64,000 nt of DNA from contig WELB01000004.1 in the NCBI GenBank assembly GCA_009602725.1, forward strand, positions 1,097,457-1,161,456, given 5' to 3'. Position 1 is the first letter of the stretch. Each line of letters opens with the position of its first letter. Source of the DNA: Spirogloea muscicola. Its lineage: Eukaryota. The notes below the pieces were generated by a model. It saw nothing but the letters and a program-made list of their open reading frames with translations, ran no database searches and was not told where the DNA came from. Both the position numbers and the translations under genes were made by a program. Of the stretch, positions 37,000 to 48,736 are shown piece after piece.

Positions 37000-39408
37000 G
37001 TGCTCAGCGCGGCGCTGCTGACGGTGGTCCTTGGCGTGACTAACCGCGTTCTGTACAAGATGGCGCTCGTACCCCTGCGCGACTACCCCTTCTTCCTTGC
37101 CCAGCTCACGACCTTTGGGTCAGGCCGCTTGCAACGAACTGCCCCTCGAGCTCCTTAAGTTTCGTGCTTGTGGGAGCCATTCCGTGCTTGTGGGAGCCAC
37201 TTTACTGCTAGCTCATCTCACCACGGGCGGCTGGCCTGAATGTGGCAGCTACGTGGCGGTGTACTTCTCCATCCTGAGGTGGCGCCACCAGAGTGGTGTC
37301 GTGACTGATGAGATGCTGCGTGTACCCAAGTGGCGCTTCGCCATGATGGGTGGCCTTGAAGCCATCGGCCTCGCTTCGGGCATGGCTGCCGCTGGTCAGT
37401 CGACGCGCTGCCACCTGCTGCTATTGTGATTATGTCTGGAGCGGAAGTACCGCCTATATTCAGCACCTAATACCTAGTGCTTTGCTGCTACGGGGCTGCT
37501 CGTCTCTTGAAACAGCGCTGCTCCCTGGGGCCATCATCCCGGTCCTCACACAGGTCTGATATCACTGCATCTTCCGTCTTGTTACGCACACCTCCTACAG
37601 CCCCTTCTTCTTTATCATCTCGAATTACTCATGACCTGCAATGATGATGGCCGCTGCAACAACGTCTATCCTGACAGGCTGCGCAGCTTGGCTTCTGCTT
37701 CAGGTCTTCCTCGTTTGGCAGCTCGTGCTGTCGGCCACAATCTTGGGCAAGCGCTTCTCTGGCGGCCAGATCTTTGGCTGTGTACTCGTCATCCTTGGTG
37801 TCATTGTTGTTGTCTCCAGGTGCACGAGTAGTGGATACTCCCTCGCTCCTGTCGCCTCCAATCACGCTGCACTCAGGGCTTGGGGCTGGTGTAGGCTTGG
37901 GGCTGGTATAAGCTGAGCATTTGTCCCAGCTGCCTGCAAAGTGTCAGCCTTGGTGACTCTTGTCCTTGCGCTATTCTGTGGGCTGCAGTGGCATGGGGTC
38001 GAGCAACTATTTCGCTGGCACAGGCCTTTGGCCGCTGCTTATGATCGTATCTACTGCCTTTCCGGCAGCCGCCTCCATCCTCAAAGTCAGCGCAGTGCAG
38101 ACTGTTTTCTGAAAGTGAATAGCGCTGTTACATCATCGGCCAGTATACATATGCGGTTGCCCTACTACTAAGTCCAGCTTCCTCACATGCTCCCTGATTG
38201 GTGCAGGAATACGTCTTCAAGGATGCAGCTACGCGCTTAAAGGTGGGCTTACATGTACAGTACCTGGGTAGACGCAGCCTGGCGGCAGCAGGATGCTGGC
38301 GGTCTGCTTTTGCATGCCAAACACAATCACATGGTAAGGGCAGCGGGATTGTCTTGAATTGGGTTGGTGTGTCAGCTTACAGCACATAATTGCTGCGCGA
38401 CTTGTGCAGGGAGAAGGGCTTGACCTCTTTGTGGTCAATTCCTACGGCTCCATCTTTCAGGTGAAGGTTTTCATGTATGAGCCACTGGCCGAGCTACTGG
38501 CCTCTGCCTGGTGTTTGTCTGTTCACACCATCTCTTTTAAAGCAAGAGCATTTATGACCCTGCAACTGTATGCTGGCAGTTAACTCTATCTGGATCGGGG
38601 ATTGCAGTGCTGTATTTGCTCATGGAACTTCTTTGAAATGCAGGCCCTCTTTATTTTCATGATGCTGCCGCTGCTGTCGCGGCTGCGAGGCATCCCCTTC
38701 TGGCAGCTGGGTAGCTACCTCGCCTCCGGGACCGCGTGCTTCTTCAAGTACGGGGCTGCAGGGGTTGGTGCGTATTACTGTCCTGCTCTGTGTTACACCC
38801 GTGGCTTCAATATCATTCTGAGCCTGACCATGGCGACCTGGCAATACACCTCCATGCCAACGCGCCTGTGCAAGAGCATAAGTGCTGGCAGCATCCTGAC
38901 CTACATGCGGCATCAGCAGCACACTTACTTTGACTGATCCTGATTATTGCATGTTTGATGCACGTTTGACGCAATTGGCTCGCGAGGCGGTTGCAGGCTG
39001 TGAGGGTGCACCAGGCATACCCCTTCTGTACGTGATGGCCAATCTCATGTTCAACATTGCTGCACTCAACCTCCTCAAGACTAGCTCGGCGCTTGTTGCC
39101 TCCCTCTGCGTCACCGTCTCCGGTGAAGCGCCCTGTCCCTAGCCCAATGCAAGCCTCTCACTGAGCTTTCATATGCAGGCGACACATTGCCCTTGACATG
39201 GCAGCCTGACCTGACGCACTCATGCCATCTCCAGTCTGGTGTTGCAGTCCCGCTCACAATAGCTGCCTTCACACTGCGCCTGCCCTTGCTGGGCTCTCCA
39301 GCCCCGCTGCCCCCGGGCTTCTTCACCGGCACAGCTATACTTGTCCTTGGCCTTGCGATGTACAACATGACGGCCATCCGGCCCAAGGAGGAGGCCAAGG
39401 AGGCCTAA
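37000..39408 (+). CDS. CLT: CRT-like plastid transporter (5' exon not located)
   Basis: TVVLGVTNRVLYKMALVPLRDYPFFLAQLTTFGYV, GGLEAIGLASGMAAA, DLFVVNSYGSIFQ and GCEGAP are typical of plant CLT1-3. Multi-exon, stop at 39408. Confidence 0.92.
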
Positions 39409-40428
39409 GAGTTGAAGGGTTTAAGTGGCAGCCCCGCCAATCTGTTATGCAGCTACTTGCCCGGCTGCGTTCACGTCGACCCCCCCCCCCCCCCCTCCAA
39501 CCCCAGCCCTCTCTCCCAGTAGGGTCAGACGAGAGGGGTTCTGGCTGCACCTAGCCAATAGTTGGGGTGTGGCAAAATAGGCTGGGCCCCTCCTCCATCA
39601 TGATATGCATGCTCCGCTTCTTGCCGTGCATGTTAATCTAGGCATGTTACACTTTGGTTGGCTCCTCTGTAGTCTGTCGTGGCTTTGTTTGCCGCTTGCA
39701 TTTGCTACCGGCAGCACCCCCTTTGGACAACCCAGGGACTGTGCTGCCAAGCCGGCAATGCAGATGCGCCTGACCCAGATATGCACCTTGTGTGCATTGC
39801 ATATAATGAAACGCGCAAGCTCCTACTTGATGTCATGGCCACCATCTCTATGATATACAGTTAGGCGTTGTTATGCATGTCTTCTTAACATTGGTCGTGC
39901 TTTGGCCCAATCAATAATTACCTGTGAATTCCTTGCGGCCTTGCTTCATTGGTAATCAGAAACAACCAGGGAAAATACCAGCGGCCTAATGTCTATTATT
40001 CTATAAATCATAATCTGAGTTGGTCAATTACATTCGTGTATGCAGGACAAGGGCCTGCCTTCTAAGGCAGGTGCTTGTTGTTGCTAGCACCTTTCCAGAG
40101 TAGCCCTGAGCCTCTGTGAGCTTCAGCTCGCAGTGCTGGGCTGCGCTGCTCTTGTGAGAGAGTCGATTCTTGTCGCATTTGCCTTCCGCAGAGACGCGGA
40201 CTTGCATGGAGGAACTCTGAGCGGCCTTGCAAGCAGTTGGAGCTGAGAGGTCCTTCAGGCAGGGTGGGCTCTGGCTGATTGGGATGGCAATCTCACTGAT
40301 GCAAGCTGAGGAAGCTCCAGGTGGGCAGGGTCCAGTGCACAGTGAAGCAGAGCAAGATGGGTCGAGACACGACCTCAAGGATGTCAGCCCAGCTTGACAT
40401 GCAAGCCGACTGGCTGATGTTGAGGAGG

Positions 40429-43400
40429 TCAGCACTTGTAGCGGCGGCAGTTGGCGAAGCAGGTGTTGAAGGCATTCGAGCCATAGCCGAGGGAGAAGCA
40501 GCAGCGCTGGCACTCCATCAGGTAGTCATTACACGAGTATGTAATGGGCGGGAAGGGCGGGTATGGGCACGGGTTTGTGCGGGATCCCGTAAAGCAGTAG
40601 GACGGCGCTGTGATGGCCGGGGGCCCAAAGCATTTGCCACCGCACGCAGCTGCGCACGGATTGCAGGCGCCATGAACTGGCGCATACGTTGGAGTCCCGT
40701 AGTTGCAGATGGCGTCACACAGTGACTGATAGATCTTGCCGTCCCAGCCGCACACGGGCGAACCGGCGGGGCACCCACAGTACCGCCCCACCGGCCACTG
40801 GCAGGGAATCTGCGTGCAGGAAGGACAGATTAGATACGGTGTTGGAAGAATCTGGCGTGGCCAGGGCCGCGTTGATGCACAGAGGAGGTAGGAGAAACTT
40901 TGATGTAAGCATCGTCAAGCACCTGGATGACCGTGTTGTTGGGCAGCGGCGCATTGCAGTTCGCCAGGTGGTTTGCCCAGCAAATGTTGGCGGGCGAGGC
41001 GACTGGCCCGCAAGCTGACGCAACAGACTGCGCTATCGCAGGCAGCGTCTCGTTGGGCAGGCCGCTGCTCTTATAAGGCATGCGGTTCACATGGTCCGCG
41101 TCCTTAGGGGGCGATATGCACACAGGCTGCCCGACCTGCAGCCGTGGGTAGTCGCACAGCAGGCCCGGATTGAGCAACTCAAATTGGCTGTTTGTCAGAT
41201 TGTATCGCGCCTGAATGACTCCACATGTCTCACCTTGCTGCATGGCACCACAAGCAGAACGACAGCCACATGGCCTGGTGTTAGCAATGACCAGGCTTGG
41301 CAGCATGTCTTTGCATAAGTTCGAAGAATCAGAGCACAGCAATGCAGCTCCACATAGCAATGATTGCCGGGGGTGCTTGAGAAGAGACAGCAGAGGGAGC
41401 GCCACAAAGTGAAATTGGAATTGCTGGAAGGTGGTGGAAAGGAGGGGGCAGTGTGTCTCACATTGACACGGACATATTCAGCGCAGTCTATTGACGCGGA
41501 ATCAGCAGTGTAATTTGCTATGCAGATTGTGATGGGCAGTCCCGCAGAGCAGTTGACTCCCGGGTTAAGCGCCGCAAAAGCTGCACCATCGAGTTGGTAC
41601 TTGGACATGACGCATGAGCAGCTGGTGCACCCTGTCTGGTTTCTGTCAATCGACTGGCCGCAGCGGGGCGGCAACACGGAGGCATGCGCCAGTCCCCCTG
41701 AGAGCACGCACACCAGCTGGCTGGCCTTGATGCCTGTGCAATTGATTCCAGGATTCGCAGCCTGAAAGGCGGCCGATGCGACATTGTACTGGCTCGCCAG
41801 CGACGTACAGTTGTCGCCAGCCTTAGCGCGGGCCGTTGTCAGGCACCCCACGCTGCAGCTATCGTTTGATACGGCCACAGCGATGCCTGTGGGCAATAGC
41901 AAGCGCCCGGGTGGGTTTAGCTGCGTGTTGCAGTAGCGCAGGAGATGACAGTATTATGTTTGCAAAAACAGGAAGTGCAGTTGCCTGAAACGCAGTTCCA
42001 ATGATGTGCAGTTTTCATAAGGCACGGCTTGCAATGGTAAATGATGAGAGTGGGGCAACATGTAACGTGGAGATGCCAACTTACCGGGAGTGAGCGAACG
42101 GGAACAATCGATGCCCGGGTTCAGGCCAGCAAAGAAGGTGAGAGTCAGATTGAAGACGGCGTATATGCTCTGGCAGGTGTCACCAGCGTAGGTCCAATAC
42201 ACACGCACGCCAGATGCCCCTTGGCCGAAGACGCAAGTCGGCTGGCCATCTGACCGTGCGCCGACGATCGTGTTCGACGGGCATCGGCAGCTGTACACGC
42301 CACCAGGCGCAGGCGTGCACGTGCCGGAGCCGCAGGGGTTGGGGTTTGTGCTGCACGGGTTGGCCAGCACGCACTTCGGGCCCGCCACCGTGCTGGAGGT
42401 GTACTGCGTGTAGCCGGATGGGCACTGGCACGCATAGCCCACGGCACCGCCAGCCGGCACACACGTGCCGGTGGCGCATGGATTCGGCAAGTTGTCACAC
42501 GGGTTGGTGGCGTTGGAGTGGACGGCGTAGAGCGGGTTGGTGGCCAGCACGCCGCAGAGGCCGGCGCCCTCGTATGCAGCGAGCCGCATGCAGCCGCTCT
42601 CGCCCCACGAAGCGCCCCAGGAGTTCTTGAGCAGCAGATAAGGCTTCTGCGAAGCAGAATTGAAGCCATACCCGATCGCCAGCATCGCGTGGTTCACAGT
42701 GTTGCCGCACGACGACGAGTCGAAGACGCCGCTTGTGTAGCTCTGGAAGTCTGGAGACGACGCGTCCAATGTCACAACCACCGGGTGGTTGGCCAGCGCC
42801 TGCTTCAACGAGAGGAGGCTTCGCGCAGGCACGAGCTCCCAGGCAGTGACTACGCCGACGTGCTTTGCCGCCAGGACTGCATCGCATGCCTGGTTGCGGG
42901 CGCGGTACGCGTAGTCGCTGGCCACGTCGAGGCCGCCATTGGCCACGACATAGTCGAGCGCAAAAGCAGGCCAGCCTCCATCGCAGCACTTTCCGCCGTT
43001 GCCGCAGTCGCAAATCTGCTGTGCAGAGAGGTCGACGGCTGGCACGGTTGGTGATGCGATCTTGCGCAGGCTGGCAATCGCGTCAGCCACTGCCAGCGCC
43101 CAGCAACTCTCGCACTGCCCCTGGGTTTTGACTGCAGTCACGACGCCTTTGGTGCGCCAGTCCACGCCGCCGCTCGGCGGCACCACACTGACATAGCGGT
43201 AGATGAGAGGCGCGCTTGCGGCCGGCAGCGCCGAGGCGTTGAAGAGCGATGAGGGCAGCAAGCCCAGGCGCTGGATGTTGGTGCTGTTGAACAGCACCTC
43301 CAGCCGCCGCCGGTCAGTGTAGGCCGCCGGCCACCTCGGCGGCGGCAGCGACTGCGGAACATCCGGCAGGAGCTCGTACGCGCATGGCTGCGGCTCGACA

Positions 43401-43549
43401 GCGCTGCTGCGCTCCGGGCCCGCCCCTGTGCAGCCGGCACTGGTTGCAAGGGCGAGGGCGATGGTGCAAGCAAGCAAGCGAAGGCATGCTCGGGAGATCA
43501 CGCCTGCCCTCTGCAGGCGCCGCCTCCGAGGAGCGAAAGGGACGAGCAT
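40429..43549 (-). CDS. Secreted papain-like (C1A) cysteine protease fused to 2 EGF-like, 4-5 LysM and a Kazal-like/Cys-rich tail (~861 aa)
   Basis: Exons 43549-42085, 41886-41462, 41237-40923 and 40809-40429 total 2586 nt and stay in frame. Motifs: VDWR, QGQCESCWA, NHAMLAIGYG, KNSWG; two six-Cys EGF units; LysM units with GD/ETC...NPG..C; PVCGWDGKIYQSLCDAIC. Confidence 0.88.
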
Positions 43550-43964
43550 GTCCGCCGGCGGCTGCCGTCATTGGAAGCTGCCAAGAACGGAGCGATGCCG
43601 GCGCCAGCGTCCAAGTGGGCTACGCTGCCACCCCGGCCGGCGAGCCGGCATGGCTGCGCTGTACGCCACTGCAGGAGCTACCGCTGCAGCAAGCGACCGC
43701 TAGGCTTCCAGAGGTCGATGGCGGCCAGACGGGAGCTGCCACTCAGGCAGGCTGCCGAGACCACCTCATCGCTGCTGCTGCTCTGGCATTCGTGCGGAGC
43801 GGAGCTCTGGGAACCGTCTCTGCGAGCTGGGTCCGAGCTGGGTCAGGGGGCGGGGCTAGCGGCAGAGGGAGGAGGCGGAGGCGGGGGGAGCGGGGGGAGC
43901 GGGGAGGGCGGAGAGCGCGAGGGCGGGGTTTGCAGGGGCGGAGAACTCGCGGGGCTGCAGCGAG

Positions 43965-44728
43965 NNNNNNNNNNNNNNNNNNNNNNNNNNNNNNNNNNNN
44001 NNNNNNNNNNNNNNNNNNNNNNNNNNNNNNNNNNNNNNNNNNNNNNNNNNNNNNNNNNNNNNNNNNNNNNNNNNNNNNNNNNNNNNNNNNNNNNNNNNNN
44101 NNNNNNNNNNNNNNNNNNNNNNNNNNNNNNNNNNNNNNNNNNNNNNNNNNNNNNNNNNNNNNNNNNNNNNNNNNNNNNNNNNNNNNNNNNNNNNNNNNNN
44201 NNNNNNNNNNNNNNNNNNNNNNNNNNNNNNNNNNNNNNNNNNNNNNNNNNNNNNNNNNNNNNNNNNNNNNNNNNNNNNNNNNNNNNNNNNNNNNNNNNNN
44301 NNNNNNNNNNNNNNNNNNNNNNNNNNNNNNNNNNNNNNNNNNNNNNNNNNNNNNNNNNNNNNNNNNNNNNNNNNNNNNNNNNNNNNNNNNNNNNNNNNNN
44401 NNNNNNNNNNNNNNNNNNNNNNNNNNNNNNNNNNNNNNNNNNNNNNNNNNNNNNNNNNNNNNNNNNNNNNNNNNNNNNNNNNNNNNNNNNNNNNNNNNNN
44501 NNNNNNNNNNNNNNNNNNNNNNNNNNNNNNNNNNNNNNNNNNNNNNNNNNNNNNNNNNNNNNNNNNNNNNNNNNNNNNNNNNNNNNNNNNNNNNNNNNNN
44601 NNNNNNNNNNNNNNNNNNNNNNNNNNNNNNNNNNNNNNNNNNNNNNNNNNNNNNNNNNNNNNNNNNNNNNNNNNNNNNNNNNNNNNNNNNNNNNNNNNNN
44701 NNNNNNNNNNNNNNNNNNNNNNNNNNNN
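43965..44728. other. Assembly gap
   Basis: Run of N. Confidence 1.
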
Positions 44729-47249
44729 GCCCGGTCCGCCGCGCCCCGACGCGCCGGCGCTGTGGCCAGGCGCCCGCCCCCCGGCGCTTTACGACAAATC
44801 GCGCCGTCGCTAGGCCGCCCGGGCCGCCCGGGATGCCTTGGGCGTGCGCTGGGCGGCCGACGAGGAAGTGCCACGTGGTCGCGGCCTGGTCGCGGGGCGG
44901 GTCACGCGGCGCCGCCCGGTGGGACCCCCGCCCCGGTGCCTCCAGCTTTTGCGCCGAACCGCCACACGGCGAAACATCCTCCGCCGGCGCGGGGATGAAA
45001 CCCCCATCCATCTCCCCCGCCGGCTCGGCTGCCCCCCCCTCGTCCATCTGCCGCCCTCGTTTCAGCTGCTTTCGAATCCCCCTCCGGACAATTTTGTGAA
45101 TCTCGTTCTGCATTCACAGCCCTCGATTCACAGCCCTCGGTCCCCTTGGGGGTGCCATGTTCTCTTCTTTTTCCGTTCGTTTGCCGGGAGCCCCGGCCGC
45201 CTCGCGACTTCCTCGCGGGTGGCCATTTTTGGCAGTGGCGCCACTTGGGCCCGCGCCTGCGACCCCACTTGTCGGCCCCTCGCGGCCCGCTTGTCCGGCT
45301 CGGCTCCCCGCCCTTTCTACTGCAGACAAGCGGAAGCGGTTGGGCCGGGGAGCCCGACCGCCGCCTGGCGCGTTGCGCTGATCCCGTGCCGCTGTGCCCG
45401 CGTCGCTTTCTTCTCTTCATGAGAGTGCTCAATTATGTCTCTGGCTCTCGTACTGTGTTCATTCTATTTTGGGCTGGCTTTTCAGCCCCTATCCTCAATG
45501 GGCGAGCACTTTCTCCTTCAGACCTTGTCCACTTGGACGAAATTTGTGTTTAGACTTGCGCTTTTTGGCAACTTGGTCCATTATTTCCGGCTGGCTTCTG
45601 GCTGGCTGTCGGAGATGGGCTTCTTCTGCCAAGGTTGGGCCGCCAAGGTGCTCTGGAATGGGAGCGATGGCGTTGACCTCCCCGAATCGCCTACTTAGTC
45701 ACAAGCGAGCAGCAAGTTTAAAAGCTCTGTAGATTGCTCACAATATGTCTGTGGTTGGTGAGACATTATTACACTTGTCAACCAGGAACGGTCACTTAGA
45801 GTGGACATTGCCTCCTAACACCTTCTTTGGAAGCAAGCACAGAGATAACCAAGGTCCTTACCATCCAAGTATCCTTGTCGTTGACCAGAGAAGCACTTCT
45901 TCATCCTTTAGCGCAACCTCTGGGCAAGATCCTTCACCTTATGCTGCTGCGCCCCTGAAAGCCCTGTAATCGAGTAGGTCGATAGACCGGTCACAATCAA
46001 TGGGACGGGCTGCAGTGCCGTGAACAACAGCGACCGTAGCACTAAAGACAGTCATGGAGACAGACAAGTGTCAGCTAGCAAAGGAGGTAAGCCGTCCCCG
46101 CAATGAGCTTGTATATAAAGTACCTATCTTGTTGGAAGCAAAAAGACCAATGAAGAAAGTACACTTGCTTAACCCCAACAAGCGACCGTGACAGAAAATC
46201 TCATCAACCAAGTTGGCAAGCTATGTGAGTAAATCGGCAGCCACGCATGTCCGTTGATGTTCTGTTGAACGATATTGAATCACGCTATAGCACCCCACCA
46301 AAGCAGGTCCATCCTCAGTATAAGTACATGCGAAATGCACTCAATGGAGCTGTTTCAGCACCATGACGCTTGGGTATGTCACAGTCATTCCAGCAGGGCC
46401 AACAGGAATGGGCGTGGCCAGTAGTGCATTTCGTGCATGCCATTATAAACATGTATGGGGGGATGCTTGCGCACCTTTCAGCTGTATACATCATGGCATC
46501 AGCGTAGCACCTCCGAATAGAAGGTTCATATTGCGTGAAGAAAGATGCTCGTGCGACTTGCGACAAGTCAAAGGTGGGCGTGTGGCCGGAAGGGCCAGCT
46601 AGCTTTAGCCGCCAGGTTTAGCTCCTTCAATTGCAAGCAGCGCACCCGATTACTGCATTAGTCCCATGTGATCGTATCATGCCACGCAATTTGTCACGTC
46701 ACGACCTCCGCCCAGGCTGTCTTGCAGGCCATCCATGCCTTGCCATGGTAAGCTGATCCACCGCTCAGATGAGCATATCTAAGCCAGAGCGTCATCTTGT
46801 ACTACTTCTGCCTTGAAAGTGCCTGTACCTATGCAGTCCGTCAATTGAGCCTGATGCAACCTCCTCTGTCGTCCAAAGCTGGGTCACACCAGCTACTATT
46901 TTATGTCCTTGTTGCACAGGTCGCCACAAATGGTCGCCGCGGACTGCCACATGCATGATTTGCACTACATATGGTATTTACTAGCAGAGTAATGCTACAA
47001 ATGTCAACATGAAAATCACAATAGAAGGCCCCTTTCTGCTTCTACCTGCACGTCATGTCAGCATCTTGCTGTACAATGACTATAACCTCGCTGAGTCCAG
47101 TGGTATCTGCTGGGTCTGAAGAGTCGAACGAGATAGACAGAGAAGGCGCGCGGAGCACATAATATGAAGGCGAGGCCAAGCCGAGCATATGCAGTGTTCA
47201 AAATTCACGACTTGTCCGTGTGCCGGTGCGGGTCACAGCCCGCCTTTGC

Positions 47250-48300
47250 ACTCCTTCGCTTGACAGTGTACTGGCTTGGCTTGGCCTTCAACTTTTGCAT
47301 ACAGTGCGCTCTCTCTTTCTTCTTCAGCTCCTGAACACCTTGTCCATAAGCGATTCGGCTGGCCTCTCACGGTCAACACTCCTTTGAAAACTGCTCACTC
47401 TTTGAGGGGCTTGAGGGTATATACGTGTCTTGAGTGACAGCGGGCCAGAGCGGGTCAAATGCATAAGCAGGCATATCTTCTACAAGTCTGCGAAGGCGGC
47501 GGCTATGTTGACCCGCTTCGTAGCTGTGGGTAAGCACCTGAAGGTTACTAACGGATGTCCGATCAGGATGGCAGGTTCCACAAGGGTACTGCCGCCGAGC
47601 CAACAGAGTGGTGCAATGGCGGGACCGCCGGCCCCCACAATGCATCTTGCCTTGGCGCCTTGGCGCAGATATTCTAGGACTGGCCACCGTCCCCATTTAA
47701 AGAGCTCTTCAACATGGGACGGTTTCCACTTCTGATCCTGGGTTCTGAAGTCCCCCTTCAGCCGGCTCTTGCACTGTTACCTTAGCCCAACTTAGCGTAG
47801 GGCTCCGCTTCATGAAGCCCCACTCTTGCACTAGCTTTTGCCTGATCAGTGTATTGGCCTTATTTGGCCTCTCTTTCATTCCATGCGCACTGCCCATCTT
47901 CTTATTTCTGATCTCTCTCACCTGACTTCCTACTTGCTGACACCAGGGTACTGGGAAGGCCGCCTTGCCCAGCCTGCGACTCCGCCTTGGAAAGCAAGCT
48001 CTTCCTATGTAGGTGAGCTCTGCCTGACGTAGCTGCCCTCCAACTCCAGTGTGTGCTGGCTCGGCTGGCTTTCACATCCGCCCATGTATGGGCACCTTTT
48101 CCGGCTCCTCCAGAAATTGTAGTATTGTGGGTTGGCTTTTCACAGCCCTCGCCCCCTTTGTAAGAGCTGCTTCTCTGATGTATGAGCAGCCGCATCCTTT
48201 CCGATGCTAGTGGTGGAACGCTCTTCTGATAGACGAGTTCCTTAAGCTCCCGGACGACCTGTTTAGCACAGCACCGCGTCATGACCTCGGTCCCCCCTCC
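47250..48300. mobile_element. Old LINE 3' fragments (a further short copy lies at 45430-45545)
   Basis: UTR motifs near 47265, 47355, 47830-47890 and 48128-48170, and a decayed SNLQVLTHSY tail near 47520 (-). Confidence 0.5.
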
Positions 48301-48660
48301 ACCCTTGGCTTGGCCGGCATCTGCCAGTGGAGTGTGGTCGAAGTGCAGACTATGAGATCGCTCTGGCTGCGCACATGCTGAGGTGTGCTAAGAGAGGTGA
48401 GCCCATGGCCTCCACAACTTACTCAGAGACGTCATGTTTGTTTGTGCGCGAGGCGGGGTAACACCCGGCAAAGGAGGTGTCGGGCATCATGCCAGTCTCC
48501 GACAAGCCATACGTGCGGCGTCTGGACGTGGTCTGACACCCCCCCGAGCGGTCGGCCTCGCCTGCTCCTGGACGTTGTACCTGACGACGCATTCAAAGCT
48601 GGAGCACCCACGTCAAATGCGCCTGGCTGGGCAACGGAGCTCAGTGCGGAGTTCCGGGCA
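48300..48660 (+). mobile_element. Decayed zinc-knuckle plus RLE fragment of a CRE-like LINE
   Basis: ECGRSADYEIALAAHMLRCAKRGE..HNLLRDVMF..KEVSGIMPVSDKPYVRRLDVV..RLLLDVV across frameshifts. Confidence 0.7.
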
Positions 48661-48736
48661 CCAGCGACCCGCGACCCGCGCCGCCTAGGGCCCGCGCGGC
48701 GGCGCCAGCGGCGGAGGCCGAGGCGGCAGCGGAGCC

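Noticed and set aside
43384..45113. ORFs of 343-571 aa
   Set aside because: They are artefacts of translating through the N gap.
45560..47250. Possible decayed transposase or gene remnant
   Set aside because: There is no sustained frame or diagnostic motif I can support.
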